Source: Pseudomonadota bacterium (GTDB taxonomy: Bacteria; Bdellovibrionota_C; UBA2361; SZUA-149; DAOLCO01). From it: a stretch of DNA of 64,000 nucleotides. Under the pieces are notes generated by a model. The model was not told where the DNA came from. It worked only from the letters and a program-made list of their open reading frames with translations, and searched no databases. The translations under genes and the position numbers were made by a program. Below, in pieces: positions 58,979 through 64,000 of the stretch (positions are counted from its first letter, which is position 1; the number at the start of each line of letters is the position of its first letter). The stretch lies in the NCBI GenBank assembly GCA_027487795.1, contig JAIYCX010000031.1, positions 215,291 to 279,290 of the forward strand, written 5' to 3'.

Positions 58979-59497
58979 TTACTTATAGCTAAGTAATTTA
59001 TTATCTGAGTATAGATTATAATGTAGCTCAGGTTTAGTTCTCGGCTTTTCTCCATCTAATTCAGGTGGAATTATAGGATATCCAAGTGCGACAACCGCTA
59101 GAAGAAGGTTTTTTTTCGACTGTTCTGATACTTTTAAAATTTTTCTAATACTTTCTTGATTTATTAACTTAGGAGCAAGAAATAGCAGTCCCATACTGTC
59201 TAATCTCGAACATAAATATCCTAGCCTATATGAAAGTTCCTCATTGTCGGTACCAATTAAAAAAAGCAATGCAGGTGCGGATCTAATGAGTTCAGGAGCC
59301 TCTATACAAGTAGATAATAAATCCCTTAAATTTAAATCATCAACTAATATAAAACTTAAACTAGTTTCTTCTATGATATTTCCATAACTAGGCAGGCTTA
59401 AAAGATTTAAAATAAAATCTCTTTGCACAACTTGCTGTGAGAAATAACCCGATGAGATGTCAGAGCTTAAGACTGTTATATTAAAATTACTGATCAC
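58979..59497 (-). CDS. Hypothetical protein, translationally coupled to the 3' end of uvrA
   Basis: 172-aa ORF that overlaps the uvrA stop by 11 bp. Confidence 0.35.
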   Translation of the reverse strand: MISNFNITVLSSDISSGYFSQQVVQRDFILNLLSLPSYGNIIEETSLSFILVDDLNLRDLLSTCIEAPELIRSAPALLFLIGTDNEELSYRLGYLCSRLDSMGLLFLAPKLINQESIRKILKVSEQSKKNLLLAVVALGYPIIPPELDGEKPRTKPELHYNLYSDNKLLSYK

Positions 59498-62400
59498 GTT
59501 TCAAATAGTTTTTTAAAGCAATTCTAGTTGGAGTATTAGCTTTCAATTTAATAAACTCTGATAGTCCTCCTTGAAAAAGAAGATTACCTCCCATTGAAGC
59601 AGGTCCAGGTCCTATTTCAATTATATAATCAGAAGCTAATAAAATATCTAAACTATGTTCTATAATTACTACAGTATTGTCAAATTCTGTAAGTTTTCTG
59701 GCTACTTTTATAAAACGATCAACGTCATGCATATGAAGACCTATTGTAGGCTCATCCATAATATACAAAGTTTGCACAGCTTCTCTTAAACTTAATTCTT
59801 TAACTATTTTTAGCCTTTGAGCTTCTCCACCTGAAAGAGTATGAGAAGGTTGACCTAAACATATATAGCCAATTCCAAGCTGTATTGCATAATCGAGAGC
59901 TCTTCTCAACTTTGGTATTGCCGAGAAAAGATTAAAAGCATCCTCAATAGTCATATTTAAAACTTCTCCAATCGACTTACCGTGGAAAAGTATTTCAAGT
60001 GCCTGATCACAATATCTTAGCCCTGAACAGACCTCACAGCTCGTAACAGAATCTGGAAGAAAACTCATAGGAGTTTTTATATATCCCTTACCACCACATT
60101 CTGGACATTTCCCCTTACCAGTATTGTAAGAAAAATACGAAGATGAAAATCCCTTAGCTTTTGCATCTGGCAGAGTAGAAAACAAATCTCTAATTAAATT
60201 AAATACGCCTAAAAATGACGCAGGAGTACTTGCAGAAGTTTTCCCTATAGGATTTTGATCAATTTCTATTACTCTTTTTAAATTCTCAGTTCCACTAATA
60301 GATTCCCAGGTCTTTGAAAAAAATTGTTCCCTAATTTTTTCGCCTTCAAATTCTTCTATCATTGCCGGTAAAAGAGTACTTCGAACCAGAGAACTCTTAC
60401 CTGCTCCCGAGACGCCAACAACAGTAACAAGGCTATTTTTAGGAATATTAACATCAATTTTATTTAAATTATTAGCTGATGCTCCTTTTAAACTAATAAA
60501 ATCATTAAAAACTTTCTTTTCAGTTTTAATTTTTATGTTATCTCTAGCTTTCAAAGCCTGAGCAGTTATTGATGTCTTAGACTTTAATAAACCTTTAAAG
60601 TCTCCCGAATAAACTAAATTCCCTCCCTGAGTTCCGCCAACTGGACCAATGTCAATAACGTGTTCTGCCTCTCTTATTGTATCCTCGTCATGTTCTACCA
60701 CTACGATAGTATTTCCTAGATCTTTAAGAGCATTTAATGTCGTCATTAATTGAGCATGATCATGTGAATGCAAACCTATACTAGGCTCATCCAAAATATA
60801 GCAAACTCCAGTCAGCGGTGAACCTAAATTTTTAGCAAGTCTTAGTCTTTGAGCTTCTCCTCCGGATAATGTCGAGGCATCTCTATTTAAAACAAGATAA
60901 CCTAAGCCAATACTATCAATTAAAGATAATAAAGAAGTTAATTCTCTTAAAATTGGATTAACTATAGGAAATAAGGACTGTGAAAAAGAATGTTTATCAA
61001 AAAATTTAGATAATTCAGGAGAAGTCATTTGTGTTAGAGAATGAATACTCTGATCACCGATAAATACCGATCTACCAATTTTACTTAATCTAGTTCCTTC
61101 ACAACTATGACAAGTCTTCGATGAAAAATTACCACTGCTTAACATTCCTCTACCATTACAGGTTAAGCACATGCCGCGTTGACTTCTAAAAGAAAAATCT
61201 TGAGGATCTAAGGGTAAAAATCCAGTACCACACTTTGGACACATTCTGGTTAAGCTAAAAACTTCTGGTGCATTCCAAGGATCATCTATAGAAATCTCAA
61301 TAGTTCCACCGGATAAACTAAGAGCTTGTCCTAAAGCTTCCTTTAACAAGAGCGATGACTTTTGAGTTACTTTGATATTACCAACTAATAATGAGATAGA
61401 ATGAAGTTTATGACGATCAAGTTTAGTGGTTTCATCTATTTTTAAAAATTCATTATCAATTCTAGCTTCAAAAATATCCGCTCTAGCTGCGCGCTGGAAA
61501 AGTTCGCTGTAATGTCCTTTTCTCCCAGAGATCATAGGGGCAAAAATATATAATCTATGACCTAAAAATCTATCAACGCAGTCTTTGGTTATCTGATCAA
61601 TATTTGCATTTCCTATTTTTGTTCCGTCATTAGGACATCTTTGTTCTCCTACCTTAGAATATAGTAGTCTTAAATATTGATAAATCTCTGTTACAGTTGC
61701 TAAAGTAGAAATACCCGACGGTGGAGCTGTCTTCTGAGAAACTGCTATCGTTGGTGGTAGGTTCTTTATTAAGTCTACATCAGGACGACTTTCTTGTTGG
61801 ATATACTGCCTTGCATATGGAGATAAGCAGTCTAGAAAACGTCTTTGTCCTTCACTAAATAATATATCAAATGCTAATGTTGACTTACCTGAGCCTGATA
61901 TTCCGGTTATTACTGTAATTTTATTTTCTGGAATAGTAATAGTAATATCTTTTAAATTATGCTCTCTTGCACCGATTATTGATATATCTTTGTTTAATTC
62001 TTTTTTTAGATTTTTCTTTTCTTTTAGATTTTTGTCTTTAAAATCATAGGAAGTCTTTCTTAAAAAAGTTAAAGTATCAGAAACTTTATTTTTATTATTT
62101 AATAGATTACTTAAATAATCTGCATGCAATAACCTGCCACCATTCTTACCACCATCAGGACCTAACTCTACGAACCAGTCCGCTGATTTAATTAAATCCA
62201 AATTATGTTCTACACAAACTACAGTATGTCCCTTTTCTATTAATGCTTTAATACACCTAATTAAATTAGATACATCTGCTGGATGTAAGCCTGTTGTTGG
62301 TTCATCAAGAATAATCAAAGAATTACTTTCAGAAGACGAAAGAAAACTTGCAAGTTTAACTCTTTGAGCTTCTCCACCTGAGAGAGAACTCAAGGGATGT

Positions 62401-64000
62401 CCTAGAGGTAAATACCCTAAACCTAAGTCTAAAAGTGGCTGCAGTAGCTTCTTTATTTTTTTATTTTTACTATCATCGCTTAACTGATCTAAATGACTTA
62501 CAAAATCACTAATTGGTGAATGTAAAATATTTAAAACATTCATCCCTCCTAACATCACACTTAGAATATGATCTTGAAATCTACGTCCCTGACAGCTCTC
62601 ACAAACTATCGTGACATCAGTCAAAAACTGCATCTCAACTTTAATAGATCCATTTCCAGAACAACTAGGACATCGACCTCCATCAACATTAAATGAGAAT
62701 GATGATTTATTTAAACCTAATTTAACAGCAGTATCAGTTTCAGCTAGGTAATCTCTGATAACATCCCATGCTTTAGTATAAGTACCAGGATTAGCTCTAG
62801 TTGTTTTTCCTATTGGAGCTTGATCGATCAGTATAATATTACTGAAACTATTTAAATTTTTTAGAGTGGCGAAATCAGAAACTATCTCACTTGATAAAGT
62901 TTTATTTTCAGAGCCATTATATAAACAGTCTAATACTAAGGAAGACTTTCCGGAACCACTAACACCTGTTACTACCGAAAATTTTCCAACTGGGAAATTA
63001 ACATTAATATTTTTTAAGTTATTTGCTCTGGCGTCTAGTATTTCAAAATTAGATGTTTCTAATTTTATTTTTTTAGTTAATTTTTCTGTATTAGTAATTT
63101 TAGTTTTATCAGTAGGCTTCGCAGCAAAAGATTTAAAGTATACTCCAGTCGGAGTATCAACCTTAGATACATCCTTAGGTAATCCAGAATAAACGACTTC
63201 TCCTCCTCCACTTCCTGACCCAGGCCCTATTTCAATGAGATTATCTGAAGACATGACAACATCTGGATCATGCTCAACGACAACTAATGTATTACCACGA
63301 TCTTTTAACTCTTTAATTGTGCTGATTAGTCTTTCCGTATCTCTTGGATGAAGTCCTATAGTAGGTTCATCTAAAACTAAAGTACTATTTACTAAGTTTG
63401 ATCCCAATAGAGATGTTAAATTTACTCTTTGAAATTCACCTCCTGATAAAGTTTTTGTCTGACGATCAAGAGTTAAATAACTAAGTCCAACAGAATTTAA
63501 ATAACTGAGTCTAGAAATAATCTCATTATGTGCAGTCAAAGTTGTTTTATCTTGTGGAACATTAAGCTCTTTAAAAAAAACTAAATTTTCGTCTAGTGGC
63601 AAGCTCCAAATTTCAGCTAAGGATTTTCCTTTAACTTTATAATTCAAAGAACTTTTAACTAATCTTGTGCCTTCACAAACATTGCAAGTCATCTCAGAAC
63701 GAAATCTTGCCATAAAAATTCTGACGTGCATTTTATGTCTTTTCGACAAAAGAGTATCAAACCAAGGAACTAACCCGATAAAACCGCCCTTAGTTCTATT
63801 CTTTTTCGGTGGTCCTTCTATAATCAAACTGCGTTGAGTTAAGGGCAACTTGCGCCATGGTAACGTAATAGAGATATCGTTTTCTAAACAAAAATCTTTT
63901 AATTTCTTAACGAGTGGCTTACTAATTTCACCTTGCCAAAAACTAATAGCCCCCTCCTGAATCGACAAACTATCATCAGGAATAACTTTTCTTTCATCTA
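59487..64000 (-). CDS. uvrA: Tandem-duplicated excinuclease ABC subunit A (UvrA-UvrA fusion), 5' end beyond the window
   Basis: The translation has three Walker A boxes ('GVSGSGKSS', 'GISGSGKST', 'GVSGAGKSS') and four ABC signatures ('LSGGEFQR', 'LSGGEAQRVKL', 'LSGGEAQRLRL', 'LSGGEAQRLKI'), plus UvrA zinc modules. The first ~640 aa align to UvrA residues ~300-940. A K-rich linker follows, then a complete second UvrA (~850 aa). The frame stays open upstream of the listed TTG start to base 64000 ('VIPDDSLSIQEGAISFW' matches the E. coli UvrA 'VIQNPELSLAGGAIRGW'). Confidence 0.85.
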   Translation of the reverse strand, partial: DERKVIPDDSLSIQEGAISFWQGEISKPLVKKLKDFCLENDISITLPWRKLPLTQRSLIIEGPPKKNRTKGGFIGLVPWFDTLLSKRHKMHVRIFMARFRSEMTCNVCEGTRLVKSSLNYKVKGKSLAEIWSLPLDENLVFFKELNVPQDKTTLTAHNEIISRLSYLNSVGLSYLTLDRQTKTLSGGEFQRVNLTSLLGSNLVNSTLVLDEPTIGLHPRDTERLISTIKELKDRGNTLVVVEHDPDVVMSSDNLIEIGPGSGSGGGEVVYSGLPKDVSKVDTPTGVYFKSFAAKPTDKTKITNTEKLTKKIKLETSNFEILDARANNLKNINVNFPVGKFSVVTGVSGSGKSSLVLDCLYNGSENKTLSSEIVSDFATLKNLNSFSNIILIDQAPIGKTTRANPGTYTKAWDVIRDYLAETDTAVKLGLNKSSFSFNVDGGRCPSCSGNGSIKVEMQFLTDVTIVCESCQGRRFQDHILSVMLGGMNVLNILHSPISDFVSHLDQLSDDSKNKKIKKLLQPLLDLGLGYLPLGHPLSSLSGGEAQRVKLASFLSSSESNSLIILDEPTTGLHPADVSNLIRCIKALIEKGHTVVCVEHNLDLIKSADWFVELGPDGGKNGGRLLHADYLSNLLNNKNKVSDTLTFLRKTSYDFKDKNLKEKKNLKKELNKDISIIGAREHNLKDITITIPENKITVITGISGSGKSTLAFDILFSEGQRRFLDCLSPYARQYIQQESRPDVDLIKNLPPTIAVSQKTAPPSGISTLATVTEIYQYLRLLYSKVGEQRCPNDGTKIGNANIDQITKDCVDRFLGHRLYIFAPMISGRKGHYSELFQRAARADIFEARIDNEFLKIDETTKLDRHKLHSISLLVGNIKVTQKSSLLLKEALGQALSLSGGTIEISIDDPWNAPEVFSLTRMCPKCGTGFLPLDPQDFSFRSQRGMCLTCNGRGMLSSGNFSSKTCHSCEGTRLSKIGRSVFIGDQSIHSLTQMTSPELSKFFDKHSFSQSLFPIVNPILRELTSLLSLIDSIGLGYLVLNRDASTLSGGEAQRLRLAKNLGSPLTGVCYILDEPSIGLHSHDHAQLMTTLNALKDLGNTIVVVEHDEDTIREAEHVIDIGPVGGTQGGNLVYSGDFKGLLKSKTSITAQALKARDNIKIKTEKKVFNDFISLKGASANNLNKIDVNIPKNSLVTVVGVSGAGKSSLVRSTLLPAMIEEFEGEKIREQFFSKTWESISGTENLKRVIEIDQNPIGKTSASTPASFLGVFNLIRDLFSTLPDAKAKGFSSSYFSYNTGKGKCPECGGKGYIKTPMSFLPDSVTSCEVCSGLRYCDQALEILFHGKSIGEVLNMTIEDAFNLFSAIPKLRRALDYAIQLGIGYICLGQPSHTLSGGEAQRLKIVKELSLREAVQTLYIMDEPTIGLHMHDVDRFIKVARKLTEFDNTVVIIEHSLDILLASDYIIEIGPGPASMGGNLLFQGGLSEFIKLKANTPTRIALKNYLKRDQ

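Noticed and set aside
28830-63192. Remaining short antisense ORFs in the track (28830-29108, 30277-30609, 33862-34071, 35578-35865, 37998-38258, 38526-38717, 43958-44179, 44567-44752, 46475-46801, 47680-47874, 48319-48555, 53686-54000, 55566-55838, 58053-58256, 58167-58361, 58460-58663, 62866-63192)
   Set aside because: Each lies antisense within a longer, motif-supported gene (HDOD, lysC, aminopeptidase, TerC, aroG, HK, tadB/C, cpaF, HK-like, fmt/plsY, glnA, uvrA). None has a recognisable motif or an RBS.
1-64000. Search for CRISPR arrays, restriction-modification, toxin-antitoxin pairs, integrases, transposases or phage structural genes
   Set aside because: No direct-repeat/spacer arrays. 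No methyltransferase, endonuclease, recombinase or transposase motifs among the translations. No short antitoxin-toxin ORF pairs. The window appears to be core chromosome apart from the small island after lpxD.

Overview
This is an AT-rich window (GC looks like roughly one-third by eye; I did not compute it) from a diderm bacterial chromosome. It is densely coded on both strands. From start to end I can support the following.

- **1 to ~10.2 kb:** a 5'-truncated sigma-54-dependent (NtrC-like) response regulator, then a surface-glycan cluster: GT9-like glycosyltransferase, serC, Wzt/Wzm ABC exporter, two GT4 glycosyltransferases and a GT39/ArnT-like membrane glycosyltransferase.
- **10.3 to 13.3 kb:** ychF, a lysine/alanine-rich histone-H1-like gene (Hc1-like) with a clean terminator, and meaB/argK.
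- **13.9 to 21 kb:** a PpiD-like chaperone, a membrane J-domain protein, a DUF1573 protein, accB-accC and an rpmG gene (too short to appear in the ORF track).
- **21 to 28.5 kb:** a Ppx/GppA-family protein, TerC, recR-dnaX with an SRP RNA upstream, a methyl-accepting chemotaxis protein and three clustered tRNA-Ser genes.
- **28.5 to 41 kb:** an HDOD/GAF protein, lysC, tadA, lpxD, a small low-density island holding a zinc-ribbon ORF, aminopeptidase, a second TerC, dcd, thiD-like, DAHP synthase, a CheY-like gene behind a structured leader, and xseB-xseA.
- **41.2 to 52 kb:** a sigma-28-like factor, a second membrane J-domain protein, a hybrid histidine kinase, a REC-domain regulator and a Tad/Flp pilus-like module (tadC, tadB, cpaF, cpaB, flp, cpaE).
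- **52 to 64 kb:** an orphan histidine-kinase-like protein, def-fmt-plsY, ampG, glnA, and a tandem UvrA-UvrA fusion that runs off the 3' edge of the window.

I saw no CRISPR array, restriction system or toxin-antitoxin pair, no transposase or integrase, and no obvious phage block. The most system-like unusual feature is the pilus locus (41.2 to 52 kb). It has no secretin and no prepilin peptidase, carries a glycine-tailed Flp pilin, and is welded to its own phosphorelay, a sigma factor and a transmembrane J-domain co-chaperone.

Other notable items are the duplicated UvrA and histone-H1-like gene (both reminiscent of Chlamydiae/PVC biology, yet here alongside chemotaxis and pilus genes), a nested GC-rich RNA structure that occludes the ribosome-binding site of the CheY-like gene, and twin perfect palindromes upstream of the zinc-ribbon ORF. 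All calls rest on reading the translations and motifs by eye. No database searches were run.
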